From assembly GCA_965221165.1 (NCBI GenBank), contig CBDCRP010000003.1, positions 768,001 through 832,000 on the forward strand: a stretch of 64,000 nt of DNA, written 5' to 3'. Below are positions 29,811-40,918 of this stretch, one piece after another. The first letter of the stretch is position 1. Each line of letters opens with the position of its first letter. The notes under the pieces are model-generated. The model made no database searches and had not been told where the DNA came from. It was given only the letters and a program-made list of their open reading frames with translations. Source of the DNA: a bacterium (GTDB taxonomy: Bacteria > UBA8248). The translations under genes were made by a program, and so were the position numbers.

Positions 29811-30092
29811 AGCGCGTCCATATTACGCCAAAATGAAATATATGCCACCGCGCCATGCGATTTTCCGCGAATCCGGCGCGCCGAGGCCTGGTGATTCCCC
29901 GGGGGGAAAATGCCCATGCACCGCCCTTCCACAAGAATATCGGCGCGAAAACCCGTTTCGTTATGACAGGTCGCCCCCCTTCGTGCTATGAGAAAGAAAA
30001 ACGCAGCCCGCACCGGGGCGGCATGACGAACAAAACCTCCGGCGCGGACGTATACAAATTTCCCTATTCCCCTCACACGTCGATTTCATTTT

Positions 30093-30926
30093 ATGGACGA
30101 GCCAGTCGCTTTGGAAGCAAACACCGATTTCGCCATTATCCTCGTGCGCCCGAGGGGTGCGCGCAACGTGGGCGCCATCGCGCGCGTCATGTCGCATTTC
30201 GGCTTGTCGGACTTGCGCCTCGTCTCGCCCCAATGCGACGTCAAAAGCGTGGAAGCCCGCTCGATGGCCATGAACGCGCAACCCTTGCTGGCGGGAGCGG
30301 AGCATTTCGCGAGCCTCCGCGAGGCCTCTCACGATTGCGGGTGGCTGGTGGGTACCTCGAGGCGTCTGGGCAGAAAGCGACAGCCCACCATGCGCCCGCG
30401 CGAGGATGCGGGAGCTCTGCTCGCGCGCGCATCGACCATGAAAGTCGGCCTGGTGTTCGGGCAGGAGGACAAGGGCCTGTTCACGGAGGAGCTGAGCCTG
30501 TGCCAGGAGAAACTCCTCATCCCGGCGCTGCCCGGTGGTGAATCGTTCAACCTCTCCCAGGCCGTTCTTCTCGTCCTTTGGGAGCTTTTCAGCCAGAACC
30601 AAATGACTCCTCCCCGAGAGAGCGACGCGAAGCCGGAGTACGTGCATGAATATGAACCCGCATCGCGCGAGGAAATCGAAGGCCTCGTGGATCATCTGCT
30701 CGAATCCATGGAGCAGATAGGTTTCACTCCCCACAACGACCCGGATCGCGTGGCCCGGACTTTCAGGAAAATGCTCGACAGACTGGGGCCGGACGAGAGA
30801 GAGGTTCGGGTGATGCGGGGCGTGCTGCGGCAAGCGATTTGGAAACTCTTTCATCCGGGGAAAAAAGACGGGTCGCAAGAGTCCATCGTCGCCCCCCGCC
30901 CGGATGAAGCGGATGAAGAACGCTAG
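30093..30926 (+). CDS. trmJ: SPOUT tRNA (C32/U32 2'-O) methyltransferase, TrmJ family
   Basis: NVGAIARVM, VGTSRR, VFGQEDKGL, SFNLSQAV. Confidence 0.85.
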   Translation: MDEPVALEANTDFAIILVRPRGARNVGAIARVMSHFGLSDLRLVSPQCDVKSVEARSMAMNAQPLLAGAEHFASLREASHDCGWLVGTSRRLGRKRQPTMRPREDAGALLARASTMKVGLVFGQEDKGLFTEELSLCQEKLLIPALPGGESFNLSQAVLLVLWELFSQNQMTPPRESDAKPEYVHEYEPASREEIEGLVDHLLESMEQIGFTPHNDPDRVARTFRKMLDRLGPDEREVRVMRGVLRQAIWKLFHPGKKDGSQESIVAPRPDEADEER

Positions 30927-30971
30927 CTCCGGGCGCCGTACCGAGAGGAATCGATTCGGGGTGCGTGACGC

Positions 30972-32003
30972 ATGAAACTCGATGACTTCGACTATCACCT
31001 GCCCCGGAATCTCATCGCCCGATACCCGCCTCCGAACCGCGAAGACGCGAGGCTCCTCTACCTGCCCAAGGCGGATGAGGCGCTCGGGCATCTCCGGATC
31101 ACCGACCTGCCGCGCTATCTGCGCCCCGGAGATCTGGTTGTCCTGAACGACACGAAGGTCAATCCCTGGAGGATTCACGGCTGGCGCAAGAGCGGCGGGC
31201 GGGTGGAAGCCCTGCTGCTCAAACAACTCTCGCCGCGAAAATTCCGCGCTATGCTGCACGCCAATCGCCCGCTGGCGGAGGGCGAAACCATCGTTTTTGA
31301 CGAGGAGCGCCACGCCACGCTAGGGCCGCAGGGCCGGGAAAGAGAGCTCGAATTCTCCTCTCCAGACAATCTTGATGATTGGCTGGAATCTTTCGGGGAG
31401 ATGCCGATTCCGCCCTATCTGGGCAGAAGAGCCGAGGCGGTCGACAAGGAGCGCTATCAAACCGTTTTCGCCCGAAACCCGGGGGCGGCGGCCGCCCCGA
31501 CGGCGGGCCTGCACTTGAGCGCAAAGATGATGAAAAACATCTCGGCCGCCGGCGCCCGCATCGCCAGGCTCACCCTCCACGTGGGAGCCGCGACGTTTCG
31601 GCCCGTTCAAACGGAAAACATCGAAGAACACGAGATGGACGCGGAAAACTATATTCTGACCGAAGAAGCCGTCGCCTCGATTCATGAGGCCAAAGCGGGT
31701 GGCGGCCGCATCCTGGCCGTGGGAACGACGGTGGTGCGGGCTTTGGAATCCGCGTATATCGAGGCGGCCGCGCGCGGCCAATCCCTACAGCCGGGAGAAT
31801 TCAGCACCCGCTTGTTCATCAAACCAGGATTTCGTTTTCAGGTGGTGGACACGATGCTGACCAATTTTCACCTGCCGCGCTCGACCCTGTTCATGCTCGT
31901 GGCGGCGTTCGCGGGAAGGGACAGAATTCTGAACGCCTATGCGGAGGCCATCAAGCAAGGCTATCGATTCTACAGCTATGGGGACGCCATGCTGATAGGC
32001 TGA
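30972..32003 (+). CDS. queA: tRNA preQ1 SAM ribosyltransferase-isomerase
   Basis: DFDYHLP, YQTVFA..PGAAAAPTAGLH, TLHVG, TNFHLPRSTL, YRFYSYGDAM. Confidence 0.97.
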   Translation: MKLDDFDYHLPRNLIARYPPPNREDARLLYLPKADEALGHLRITDLPRYLRPGDLVVLNDTKVNPWRIHGWRKSGGRVEALLLKQLSPRKFRAMLHANRPLAEGETIVFDEERHATLGPQGRERELEFSSPDNLDDWLESFGEMPIPPYLGRRAEAVDKERYQTVFARNPGAAAAPTAGLHLSAKMMKNISAAGARIARLTLHVGAATFRPVQTENIEEHEMDAENYILTEEAVASIHEAKAGGGRILAVGTTVVRALESAYIEAAARGQSLQPGEFSTRLFIKPGFRFQVVDTMLTNFHLPRSTLFMLVAAFAGRDRILNAYAEAIKQGYRFYSYGDAMLIG

Positions 32004-32026
32004 CTGAAAAGCGGCGAGTCAAAAGT

Positions 32027-32320
32027 TTAATGGAATTTTACTTCGGCGCCGTTCACCGCTTCCTTGAAGTGTTTTCCCGCCTTGAAGCGCACGACCCGGC
32101 GGGCGCTGATGGGCGCTTCCCGGCCCGTCTTCGGGTTGCGTCCCACGCGAGCGTTCTTCTCTCTTACCTGGAATGAGCCGAAGCGCCGCAAAATGACGGA
32201 CTCGCCTCCCTCGAGGGATTCCTTGATAGTCTGGATGATCGTTTCGACTGCTTCTTCCGCTTTGACTTTGCTGAGACCCGTATCGTCCGACACGAAGTTG
32301 ATGATGTCGATTTTCGTCAA
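32027..32320 (-). CDS. HU/IHF family nucleoid protein
   Basis: FGSF...RVGRNPKTG...VVRFKAGK; TTG start after a GAGGGGGG RBS. Confidence 0.93.
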   Translation of the reverse strand: MTKIDIINFVSDDTGLSKVKAEEAVETIIQTIKESLEGGESVILRRFGSFQVREKNARVGRNPKTGREAPISARRVVRFKAGKHFKEAVNGAEVKFH

Positions 32321-32509
32321 AGAACTCCCCCCTCGCTCGGAGCCTCGCACCTTGTTCAAAGTGAACAATCCGGGGCGAAAAGTTCCCCAATCCTTAGGCC
32401 ATCGCCTTGTTAAAAAAATAGATAACGTCTTGAGTTCAATGAAGTTTACCACTAGCCTTACAGGCGAGCAACTACCCAAAAACCATCAACACCCGAGGGG
32501 CGAAAAAAG

Positions 32510-33661
32510 ATGATGGAACACTCCGTGCCGGAGCGAATCTCGGACATCAAACCCTTTTTGGTAATGGACATCATGGAGCGCGCCCATCAGTTGGAGGCGC
32601 AGGGCCGCGAAGTGATCCATCTCGAAGTGGGGGAACCAGATTTCGACACGCCCGAGGTCATCACCCGCGCCGCCGAAGCCGCCCTTCGCGCCGGCCACAC
32701 CCACTACACGGCGGCACTGGGGATTCCCGAACTGCGCGAGGAGATAGCGGATTTTTACAACCAAAAATATGGAGTATCCGTAGCACCCGAGCGCGTGGTG
32801 GTGACGAACGGCACGAGCCCGGGCTTGTTGATGCTGTTCTCCGTCCTCGTCGAGGAGGGTGATGAAGTCATCATTTCAGACCCCCACTACGCCTGCTACC
32901 CGGCTTTCATTCAGTCCGCCTGCGGAAAACCCGTGCGAGTCCCCACCCGCGCGGAGCATGGCTTCTCGCTGGAGGCCGAGGTCGTTCGCGACTTCATCAC
33001 CCCGAAAACCAGGGCCATTCTCATCAACTCTCCATCGAACCCCACGGGGGCGTCCTTGTCCCGCCAGGAGATGGCGGCGCTCGCCGAGCTGGGAAAACCC
33101 GTCATCTCCGATGAGATATACCACGGGCTCAACTATGAAGGTGCGGAATACACGGCTCTTCACTTTAGGGAGGATTGCTTCGTCATCAACGGTTTTTCAA
33201 AGTATTTCGCCATGACGGGCTGGCGTATCGGCTATCTCATCGTACCTCCTGAATATGTCCGCCCCCTGGAAATTTTGCAGCAAAACTATTTCGTTTCCCC
33301 CAACTCTTTCGTCCAGCACGCGGCGATCGCCGCCTTGAAAGAAGGCCTGCCGGAGGCGGAGCGCATGCGCGGCATTTATGATGAAAGACGCAAAATCATG
33401 CTCGCGCTCCTCGATGATATCGGCCTGAAAATGCTCCACGAACCTACAGGCGCGTTCTACGCCTTCGCCGATGCGCGCCCCTATGGAGAGGGCAGCCTGG
33501 AATTGGCCAAGGAAATCCTGGAGGCCACCGGCGTGGCCGTCGCGCCGGGAGCGGATTTCGGACCGGCGGGAGAAGGATTCCTCCGATTCTCCTATTGCAA
33601 CTCTATTGGAAACATCGAGGCCGGCCTCGAAAAAGTCGGGGCGTTTTTGAGGAGGCGATAA
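32510..33661 (+). CDS. PLP-dependent aminotransferase class I/II
   Basis: GEPDF, NSPSNPTG, SDEIY, GFSKYFAMTGWRIG. Confidence 0.95.
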   Translation: MMEHSVPERISDIKPFLVMDIMERAHQLEAQGREVIHLEVGEPDFDTPEVITRAAEAALRAGHTHYTAALGIPELREEIADFYNQKYGVSVAPERVVVTNGTSPGLLMLFSVLVEEGDEVIISDPHYACYPAFIQSACGKPVRVPTRAEHGFSLEAEVVRDFITPKTRAILINSPSNPTGASLSRQEMAALAELGKPVISDEIYHGLNYEGAEYTALHFREDCFVINGFSKYFAMTGWRIGYLIVPPEYVRPLEILQQNYFVSPNSFVQHAAIAALKEGLPEAERMRGIYDERRKIMLALLDDIGLKMLHEPTGAFYAFADARPYGEGSLELAKEILEATGVAVAPGADFGPAGEGFLRFSYCNSIGNIEAGLEKVGAFLRRR

Positions 33662-33692
33662 AAAACCCGCTGCCCGGTCGATCGGGCAGCGG
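33660..33692 (-). terminator. Intrinsic terminator ending the heat-shock/rpoZ run
   Basis: CCGCTGCCCG-N6-CGGGCAGCGG with a T tract on the minus strand. Confidence 0.75.
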
Positions 33693-33715
33693 CCAGCGTG
33701 GGCTTTCAAGCGAAA

Positions 33716-33991
33716 CTAATCTTCGTCGTCGAACCCGCTATCCATGATCTCGTGATCCATATCGGCCAAATCAAGCGCCGACGCAGTCTTTCGCCACTCC
33801 AGTTTTTCTTCGATAATTTCGCGGAACACGATCTGCTCGGGCGTCTCATTGGACTTTGAGGCAACCAGAGGCTCCGCACCCCGCCTGAGTTGCGCCACCC
33901 GCTTGGCGAGCAGTACCGAAAGCAAAAAACGATTCTTGACGATACCGAGTGCTTCTTCGAACATCTCATCATAAGACGTTGACACGGCCAT
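33716..33991 (-). CDS. rpoZ: RNA polymerase omega subunit
   Basis: NRFLLSVLLAKRVAQL..GAEPLV....FREI; GGAGA RBS. Confidence 0.88.
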   Translation of the reverse strand: MAVSTSYDEMFEEALGIVKNRFLLSVLLAKRVAQLRRGAEPLVASKSNETPEQIVFREIIEEKLEWRKTASALDLADMDHEIMDSGFDDED

Positions 33992-34069
33992 ATAGTCTCC
34001 CGCATGAGGTAAATAAAAGATGATCGGGGATGATGCGCATTCAACCGGCGCATCGCCAATCATTCGGAC

Positions 34070-34594
34070 CTAATCGAACCCTACTTGTTGAACATATATC
34101 ATTTGCAAATCGGAGTGAACCTGATTCAGGAGATTCTCCTCCTCCGGAGAAAGATTGCCTTGCGTCTTCTCCTTGAGGGAGGCGAACAAATCGACGAAAA
34201 TTTTTGAACTTCGCGGATCCGCCGTCCCCATGCGCTCACCCGTTTGCGGATGAATGCCCATCGCCGCCAAGGCGTTTTGCTGCACGATGGCGATGAGCAT
34301 CTCGAAACTCTTGTCCTCCTCCTCATCCTCGTCCGCCTCCTCGCCCGGAGGCTGCGCTTGTTCCTCGGCCTCTGGTTCCGGAACCGCCTGTGATGGAACC
34401 GGTTCTGGTTCCATTACCTCCGGTTCGGACGAAAGCGCGTCGGGCTCGGGTTTCACATGTTCATCAGCCGCATCCGGGGGGAGAATCAGCCGCTCATCGC
34501 TCGGAGCCGACGACTCTTCATCCTCATATCCCCTCACGGAGAATCTTCGGTCGGAAACCTTGAATCCCTTGCTTTCTATATTTTCATCTTCCAT
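34070..34594 (-). CDS. DUF1844-family protein
   Basis: GFKVSDRR N-terminus, acidic linker, LKEKTQGNLSPEEENLL. Confidence 0.85.
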   Translation of the reverse strand: MEDENIESKGFKVSDRRFSVRGYEDEESSAPSDERLILPPDAADEHVKPEPDALSSEPEVMEPEPVPSQAVPEPEAEEQAQPPGEEADEDEEEDKSFEMLIAIVQQNALAAMGIHPQTGERMGTADPRSSKIFVDLFASLKEKTQGNLSPEEENLLNQVHSDLQMIYVQQVGFD

Positions 34595-34664
34595 CGCTTA
34601 CCCTCCGGCGCCGGGTGTCGGGGAAATCGGACCCCGCCTCCTCCCGTTTCGCCTGAATGCGCGC

Positions 34665-35813
34665 TTATCCCCAAAGAGAACCCAACTTACCGAGAATTCC
34701 CTTTTTTCCGGCGCCATTCTCCTCGGCTCCTCCAGCCCCATTCTTTTCCGCCTTTTCACGTTCGATCTCCGACAATTCGCCGAACAGCCTCTCCTCGTCC
34801 GGCGTCAATTTCGTCGGCGTCTCGACGTGCACCAAAAACATATGATCGCCGCGCCCTTTCCTGCCGAGACGCTGAAATCCCTCGCCCCTCAGCCTGAGAA
34901 CATCCGAGGACTGCACCCCCTTGGGTATCTCGAGCTCGGATTCTCCATACAGCGTCCTGACCTTCACCGTGTCGCCCAGCGCCGCCTGCGAGAACGTAAC
35001 GTACACCTGACTCGCCACGTCCGCTCCGTTACGCTCGAATTCCTCATGCGAGAGCAAGGAGACGACGACGAACAAATCACCCGCCGGCCCGCCTTTGGCG
35101 CCCCCCTCCCCCTCTTCGCGAAGACGCAGTCTGGCGTCCTCGTCCACGCCGGGGGGAATCTTGACCTTCACCTTTCGCTGCTCCAGGCGGCGTCCGGCCC
35201 CATCGCACTCCGCGCAGTGCTCGGTGATTTGCCTGCCTGCGCCGCCACAATCCGAGCAGGTGGTGGAATAAGTCATGAACCCCTGGCGGTAGGTCATCTG
35301 GCCGCTGCCCCCGCACGATGGGCACTCGCGAATCGCATCGGGCGACTTGGCCCCACTGCCGCCGCAGTAGACGCATTCCGTGGGCCGTTCGAACTCGATC
35401 TCGCGCTCGACGCCCGTAGCCGTTTCCTCGAACGTCATGTCCAACTGATAAGCGAGGTCCCGGCCTTTTCGCGGCCCGTCGCGGCGCCCGCGTCCACCGG
35501 AGAACACACCGCCGAACAAATCCCCGAAAATATCCCCGAACGAGGAGACGATATCGTCGAAACTCGAAAATCCCTGATGCCCCATTCCCCGGAGCCCCTC
35601 GTGGCCGAAGCGATCATAGGCGCTTCTCTTCTCGGGCTCGCTCAGCACCTGGTAGGCCTCGGAGGCTTCCTTGAACAATTCCTCGGCCTTCGCATCGCCC
35701 GGGTTGCGATCCGGATGATGCTTCATCGCCAGCGTGCGATACGCCTTCTTGATATCGGCGTCGCCCGCATCGCGGCCTACGCCCAGCACTTCGTAGTAAT
35801 CACGCTTGCTCAT
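34665..35813 (-). CDS. dnaJ: Chaperone DnaJ (class A)
   Basis: DYYEVLG, HPD, four CxxCxGxG repeats. Confidence 0.96.
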   Translation of the reverse strand: MSKRDYYEVLGVGRDAGDADIKKAYRTLAMKHHPDRNPGDAKAEELFKEASEAYQVLSEPEKRSAYDRFGHEGLRGMGHQGFSSFDDIVSSFGDIFGDLFGGVFSGGRGRRDGPRKGRDLAYQLDMTFEETATGVEREIEFERPTECVYCGGSGAKSPDAIRECPSCGGSGQMTYRQGFMTYSTTCSDCGGAGRQITEHCAECDGAGRRLEQRKVKVKIPPGVDEDARLRLREEGEGGAKGGPAGDLFVVVSLLSHEEFERNGADVASQVYVTFSQAALGDTVKVRTLYGESELEIPKGVQSSDVLRLRGEGFQRLGRKGRGDHMFLVHVETPTKLTPDEERLFGELSEIEREKAEKNGAGGAEENGAGKKGILGKLGSLWG

Positions 35814-35890
35814 GCTTTCCTTTCACCCCGAAAATCGAAAACACGCGACGATACTATGAGCACGAATCTGGTTCAAGGGCGCGAGACCGG

Positions 35891-36583
35891 CTATTCGCCC
35901 GCATACTTGCCCACCGAGACGCGCGCGGGTCTTAGAACCGCGTCGCCCAGCTTATAGCCGCAAGCCAGTTCCTCCACCACCATGCCGTCTAGCGCCTCAT
36001 CGCTCACCTCGACCATGCGCACCGCCTCGTGTTCTTCGGGATTGAAGGCGACGCCCATCGCCGGGAGAGGCTCCACCCCCAGATTCGAGAGTTCCTGAAA
36101 AAACCGGCCCTGAATCATCCGAACCCCCTGCACCAGGGTTTCAAGCGCACCTCCTGCTTCCTCTTCGGGGACGCCGCCATCCACGGCCGCCGTGGCGCGC
36201 GCCAGATCATCGGCAATGTCCAAAAAACCGGACACCGCCTGTTTTTTCACTTCCTGGGTCCTGCGCTCCATCTCGCGCTCCTGGCGCGCCCTGAAATCGG
36301 CCGTATCCTTGTCGATTTTCTCGACATACTGCTTGAATTTCTCCTCAGCCGCGGCGACCTTCGCCTGGAGCTGCTCCACGTAGGCTGGCACGCGCGGTGT
36401 TTCTTCGGCCTCCCCGGCCCCCTCCTCGCTCATCTCGCCGTCTTCGCGGACGCGCCGCCTGTCCACGACGCGCGGCTTCTCCTTGGCTTCTTCTTCCGCC
36501 TCGCCCGCATCCACCGGCTCTGCGGCTTCGGCCTTCACGCCATCCCCGTTTTCCGCCTCGACCTCTACATCCTTCGCTTTCAT
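35891..36583 (-). CDS. grpE: Nucleotide exchange factor GrpE
   Basis: ADFRAR, FNPEEHEAV, GYKLGDAVLRPARVSV. Confidence 0.93.
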   Translation of the reverse strand: MKAKDVEVEAENGDGVKAEAAEPVDAGEAEEEAKEKPRVVDRRRVREDGEMSEEGAGEAEETPRVPAYVEQLQAKVAAAEEKFKQYVEKIDKDTADFRARQEREMERRTQEVKKQAVSGFLDIADDLARATAAVDGGVPEEEAGGALETLVQGVRMIQGRFFQELSNLGVEPLPAMGVAFNPEEHEAVRMVEVSDEALDGMVVEELACGYKLGDAVLRPARVSVGKYAGE

Positions 36584-36605
36584 GAAACGCCTTCCTCCCA
36601 AATAC

Positions 36606-37466
36606 CTAGTATCTCATTTCCATCAACCGCCGAATCCTCTCCTCCATCGGCGGATGCGTACTGAAAAGACTCGCCATCCCCCCGCCCGAGAGCGGGTTGA
36701 CGATATACATGTGGGCCGTCGCCTCGCTCGCGCAGTGGAGTTCCTCGTGACGCGAGGCCTCATCCAGGCGATGCAGGGCGTTCGCCAGCCCGACCGGCGT
36801 GCCCGCGATGCGCGCCCCCGTGGCATCGGCGAGATATTCGCGCGAGCGGCTCACCGCCATCTGGAGCAGCGTCGCCGCAATGGGAGCCACTATCGCGGCG
36901 ACGATGATTCCCAGCAAGCCTCCGCCGCCGCCCTCCTCGTCGTCGCCCCTGCCGTAGGCGCCGAAAAAGGCGGCGAACTGCGCCATCTGCGCGAGATACA
37001 TGATGGCGCCCGCCAGGGAGGCGGCGATTGTGCTCAGAAGAATGTCCCGGTTTTTGATGTGGGCGAGTTCGTGCGCGGCCACGCCTTCTAGTTCCTCGCG
37101 GTTGAGATCGTGCAAAATCCCCTCGGTGAAGGCGACGGCGGCGTTCTCGGGGTTTCTGCCCGTGGCGAAGGCGTTCGGTGCATCCTCGGGAATGACGTAT
37201 ACACGCGGCATGGGCAGGTTCGCGCGCCGCGCCAGGTCCGCCACCATGCCGTAGAGTTCCGGCGCGTGTTCGGGGAGCACCTCGCTCGCGCCCGTGCTGG
37301 CGAGAACGATTTTGTCCGAATACCAATAGCTGTATCCGTTGATGCCCACCGCGAGCACCAGGGCGATGACGAGCCCGGTCGTGCCGCCGAGCAGATTGCC
37401 GATGAGCAGAATCAACCCCGTCAACAAACCGAGCAGCAAAAAGGATTTGATGGAATTCGTGCTCAT
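36606..37466 (-). CDS. htpX: Membrane zinc protease HtpX
   Basis: [36 protein letters not shown]. Confidence 0.95.
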   Translation of the reverse strand: MSTNSIKSFLLLGLLTGLILLIGNLLGGTTGLVIALVLAVGINGYSYWYSDKIVLASTGASEVLPEHAPELYGMVADLARRANLPMPRVYVIPEDAPNAFATGRNPENAAVAFTEGILHDLNREELEGVAAHELAHIKNRDILLSTIAASLAGAIMYLAQMAQFAAFFGAYGRGDDEEGGGGGLLGIIVAAIVAPIAATLLQMAVSRSREYLADATGARIAGTPVGLANALHRLDEASRHEELHCASEATAHMYIVNPLSGGGMASLFSTHPPMEERIRRLMEMRY

Positions 37467-37870
37467 GCCCGTCTCCTCCTGACACGCACGAGCTTGGCGG
37501 AGAACGCGGGGATCATGGCCTGCATCTCGGGCGTCGCGTTGCTCATCTGCTCGCGAAAATCCTCGAACGCCCGGCTCTCGATCAATTCCTCGAGTTCGCC
37601 CAGGCGCTCGAGCGCGCTCATCAGCTTCTCGCGAAGCTCGATGATGACCTGCACGCCCGCCAAATTCACGCCCATGTCCCTCGTGAGCGCCAGGATGACT
37701 TCGAGCCGCTCCAGATCGTCTTCGGAGTAATAGCGCGTCCTGCCCTCGCTGCGGGCCGGGTCGATGAGACCCTCTCGCTCATACATCCGGAGCGTCTGCT
37801 GGTGAACCCCGAACATCTCGGCCACCGCGCTGATGGTGTAGCGTCCGTTTCTCACGCTTCTACGCGCCAT
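37463..37870 (-). CDS. hspR: MerR-type heat-shock repressor HspR
   Basis: [36 protein letters not shown]; chaperone-gene context. Confidence 0.9.
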   Translation of the reverse strand: MARRSVRNGRYTISAVAEMFGVHQQTLRMYEREGLIDPARSEGRTRYYSEDDLERLEVILALTRDMGVNLAGVQVIIELREKLMSALERLGELEELIESRAFEDFREQMSNATPEMQAMIPAFSAKLVRVRRRRA

Positions 37871-37933
37871 CGCCCTCTCCCGACTCTCTCATCATCGGAC
37901 GTCTGCTCCCGCCATGCCCGTATCTATTCCTAT

Positions 37934-38872
37934 CTATAAGCTCACGCCCGTCATTTTCGCTCGTGGCGAGGTGGGGTTGCGCCTCTCTAGTTCGCGGACG
38001 ATTTCCTTACTTTCCTCATCCATCTTCTCCGGCAGCAGTACCTGGACCCTGACGAACAAATCGCCCTTGCCGGAGGCCTTGAGCTTCGGAGCGCCCTTTC
38101 CCGAAAGCCTGAAAACCTGGTCGTTCTGGGTCGAGGGAGGAATCGTCATCTTCGTCACACCCTCGAAGGTGTTGATTTCCACGCGCGCGCCCAGCAGCGC
38201 CTCGCCGAGACTGACCGGAAGATCGATATACAAATTATCCCCTTTTCGCTCGAAGAAGGGATGCTCCCGCACCTTTGTGACGATGAAGAGGTCCCCCTGC
38301 TGTCCCCCGTTCAGGGAGGCTTCTCCCTTGCCCGCCAGGCGAATGCGCGAGCCGTTCGAGACGCCGGGCGGTATTTTGACCTGAATGCGCTCCGTCGTGT
38401 GCTGGATTTTTCCGTTCTCCTGCGTGGTCTTGGGCACGGTGATGGTGGTGTTGAGCCCCTTCAGGGAATCGTCGAAACCGATTTCCATCGAGTAGTTCAC
38501 ATCCTGACCCCGCTGTGGGGCCTGTGGCTGCGCGTGGAAGCCGCCGCGCCCTGCGCCGCCGCGCGCTCCTCCGAAAACTCCGCCGAAAATATCACGCAGG
38601 ATGTCTTCCATCCCGGGGGGCGCGCCTTCGCCCCAGGGGCTGCCCCCGCCGAAGGCGGCATGTCCCATGGCGTCATACTTTCTGCGCTTATCCGAGTCCG
38701 AGAGGACGGCGTACGCCTCGCTGATCTCCTTGAAACGCTCCTCCGCATTCGCATCCCCCGGGTTGACGTCGGGGTGATACTTACGGGCCAGCTTCTTGAA
38801 GACGCGCTTCAGTTCCGCTTCCGAAGCGCTCCGGTCGATTCCCAGCACCTCGTAATAATCACGCTTGGGCAT
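37934..38872 (-). CDS. Class B J-domain protein (CbpA/DnaJ-like, no zinc finger)
   Basis: J domain with HPD, G/F region and C-terminal domain; no CxxCxGxG. Confidence 0.9.
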   Translation of the reverse strand: MPKRDYYEVLGIDRSASEAELKRVFKKLARKYHPDVNPGDANAEERFKEISEAYAVLSDSDKRRKYDAMGHAAFGGGSPWGEGAPPGMEDILRDIFGGVFGGARGGAGRGGFHAQPQAPQRGQDVNYSMEIGFDDSLKGLNTTITVPKTTQENGKIQHTTERIQVKIPPGVSNGSRIRLAGKGEASLNGGQQGDLFIVTKVREHPFFERKGDNLYIDLPVSLGEALLGARVEINTFEGVTKMTIPPSTQNDQVFRLSGKGAPKLKASGKGDLFVRVQVLLPEKMDEESKEIVRELERRNPTSPRAKMTGVSL

Positions 38873-38896
38873 ACCATCCTCATGCGGGCAAGACTT

Positions 38897-40810
38897 TTAG
38901 GGCTTGTCCTTATCCACTTCCTCGAACTCCGCATCCACGACGTCGCCCGCGGGCGCGCCGTTCTCCCCGCCGCCGGACTCCGGGGCGTCGGCGGCGTCTG
39001 CCTGACTCGCCTGCTCGTACATCGCCTGCGCGAGCTTGTGCGAGGCCGCCTCGAGTTTTTCTTGCGCTTCTGTGATCTCATCCACCGTCACGTCTTCTTT
39101 CTCCAGAACCGTCCGGAGCGCGGCGATGGCGTCTTCTATCTCTTTCTTGTCCTCGGCCGAAACCTTGTCCTCGTTCTCCTTGAGCATCTTCTCCGTATTG
39201 TACGCCATGCTGTCGGCCATGTTTCTCGCCTCGACGGCCTCGCGCCGCTTCTTGTCCTCCTCGGCGTGCTCATCCGCCTCGGACACCATGTTGTTGATCT
39301 CATCCTCGGAGAGGCCGCTCGAACTCGTGATGGTGATCGCCTGCTCCTTGCTGGTACCCAGGTCCTTGGCGGAGACGTTCACGATGCCGTTGGCGTCGAT
39401 GTCGAACGTCACCTCGATCTGGGGAACGCCCCGGGGCGCGGGAGGAATGCCGACCAGGTGGAACTTGCCCAGCGAGCGGTTGCCCGTGGCCATCTCGCGC
39501 TCTCCCTGAAGGACGTGCACCTCGACGGAGGGCTGGTTGTCCGCCGCGGTGGAGAAGGTTTCGCTCTTTTTGACCGGTATCGTCGTGTTGCGCTCGATGA
39601 GCTTGGTGGACACGCCGCCCAGCGTCTCGATCCCCAAGGAAAGCGGGGTGACGTCCAGCAGCAAAACGTCCTTCACGTCTCCGGCGAGCACGCCGCCCTG
39701 AACGCCCGCGCCGACCGCCACGACCTCATCGGGGTTCACCCCCTTGTGGGGTTCTTTTCCGAAAAATTTCTCCACCGTCTCCTGCACCAGCGGCATCCGC
39801 GTCGAACCGCCCACCAGCACCACCTCGTCGATGTCTCCGGGCTGAAGCTTGGCGTCGTCCAGCGCGCGCCGACAGGGAGCCAGCGTCTTCTCCACCAGAT
39901 CGCCCGTCAACTGCTCGAGTTTCGCGCGCGTGAGCTTCAAGTTCAGGTGCTTGGGACCCGAGGCGTCCGCCGTGATGAACGGCAGGTTGATGGACGTCTC
40001 CATCGAACTCGACAGTTCGATCTTCGCTTTTTCGGATTCTTCACGCAGGCGTTGAAGCGCCATGGGATCGCCCGAGATGTCGATTCCCTGGTCTTTCTTG
40101 AACTCCTCCGCCATCCACTCGATGATCCGGTGGTCGATGTTGTCGCCGCCCAGATGCGTATCGCCGTTCGTGGCCTTCACCTCGACCACGTTGTCTCCCA
40201 CCTCCAGGATGGAGATGTCGAACGTGCCGCCGCCGAAGTCGTACACCGCGATGGTCTGATCCGCCTTCTTGTCGAGTCCGTAGGCGAGAGCGGCGGCCGT
40301 CGGCTCGTTGATGATGCGCTTCACGTCGAGGCCGGCGATTTTTCCGGCGTCCTTCGTCGCCTGGCGCTGGCTGTCGTTGAAATACGCGGGCACCGTGACG
40401 ACCGCCTCGTTCACTTTCTCGCCCAGATAATCTTCCGCTGCCTGCTTGAGCTTTTGCAGAATGCTCGCCGATATCTCGGGAGGGGCGTGTTCCTTGCCGT
40501 CGATTTTGATGCGCGCGTCGCCGTTGTCCGATTTCACGACCTCGTAGGGAACGATGGTGACTTCCTCGGGCACCTCGGCGAATCGCCTGCCCATGAAGCG
40601 CTTGACGGAGTATATGGTCTTGGTCGGGTTCGTCACCGCCTGGCGCTTGGCCACGAGGCCGACCAGCTTCTCGCTGTCATCCGTGAACGCTACGACGCTG
40701 GGCGTCGTGCGGTTCCCCTCCTGGTTGGCGATGACCGTAGGCTGCCCACCCTCCATGACCGAGACGACCGAGTTGGTGGTGCCCAAATCGATTCCGATTA
40801 CTTTCGACAT
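38897..40810 (-). CDS. dnaK: Chaperone DnaK
   Basis: [32 protein letters not shown]. Confidence 0.98.
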   Translation of the reverse strand: MSKVIGIDLGTTNSVVSVMEGGQPTVIANQEGNRTTPSVVAFTDDSEKLVGLVAKRQAVTNPTKTIYSVKRFMGRRFAEVPEEVTIVPYEVVKSDNGDARIKIDGKEHAPPEISASILQKLKQAAEDYLGEKVNEAVVTVPAYFNDSQRQATKDAGKIAGLDVKRIINEPTAAALAYGLDKKADQTIAVYDFGGGTFDISILEVGDNVVEVKATNGDTHLGGDNIDHRIIEWMAEEFKKDQGIDISGDPMALQRLREESEKAKIELSSSMETSINLPFITADASGPKHLNLKLTRAKLEQLTGDLVEKTLAPCRRALDDAKLQPGDIDEVVLVGGSTRMPLVQETVEKFFGKEPHKGVNPDEVVAVGAGVQGGVLAGDVKDVLLLDVTPLSLGIETLGGVSTKLIERNTTIPVKKSETFSTAADNQPSVEVHVLQGEREMATGNRSLGKFHLVGIPPAPRGVPQIEVTFDIDANGIVNVSAKDLGTSKEQAITITSSSGLSEDEINNMVSEADEHAEEDKKRREAVEARNMADSMAYNTEKMLKENEDKVSAEDKKEIEDAIAALRTVLEKEDVTVDEITEAQEKLEAASHKLAQAMYEQASQADAADAPESGGGENGAPAGDVVDAEFEEVDKDKP

Positions 40811-40918
40811 CAATCTTTCTCCTTATCAGGATAAACAATCAAACTTTCTCAACTAAATTCCAGATATGTTCGCTCTCATGGACGCGGAATGGAAATATCC
40901 ACCCGCATCCAAAGGCAT

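Noticed and set aside
38261-40834. 857-aa plus-strand ORF antisense to dnaK
   Set aside because: A long antisense frame opposite dnaK is a familiar by-product of high-GC codon bias; it has no motifs of its own.
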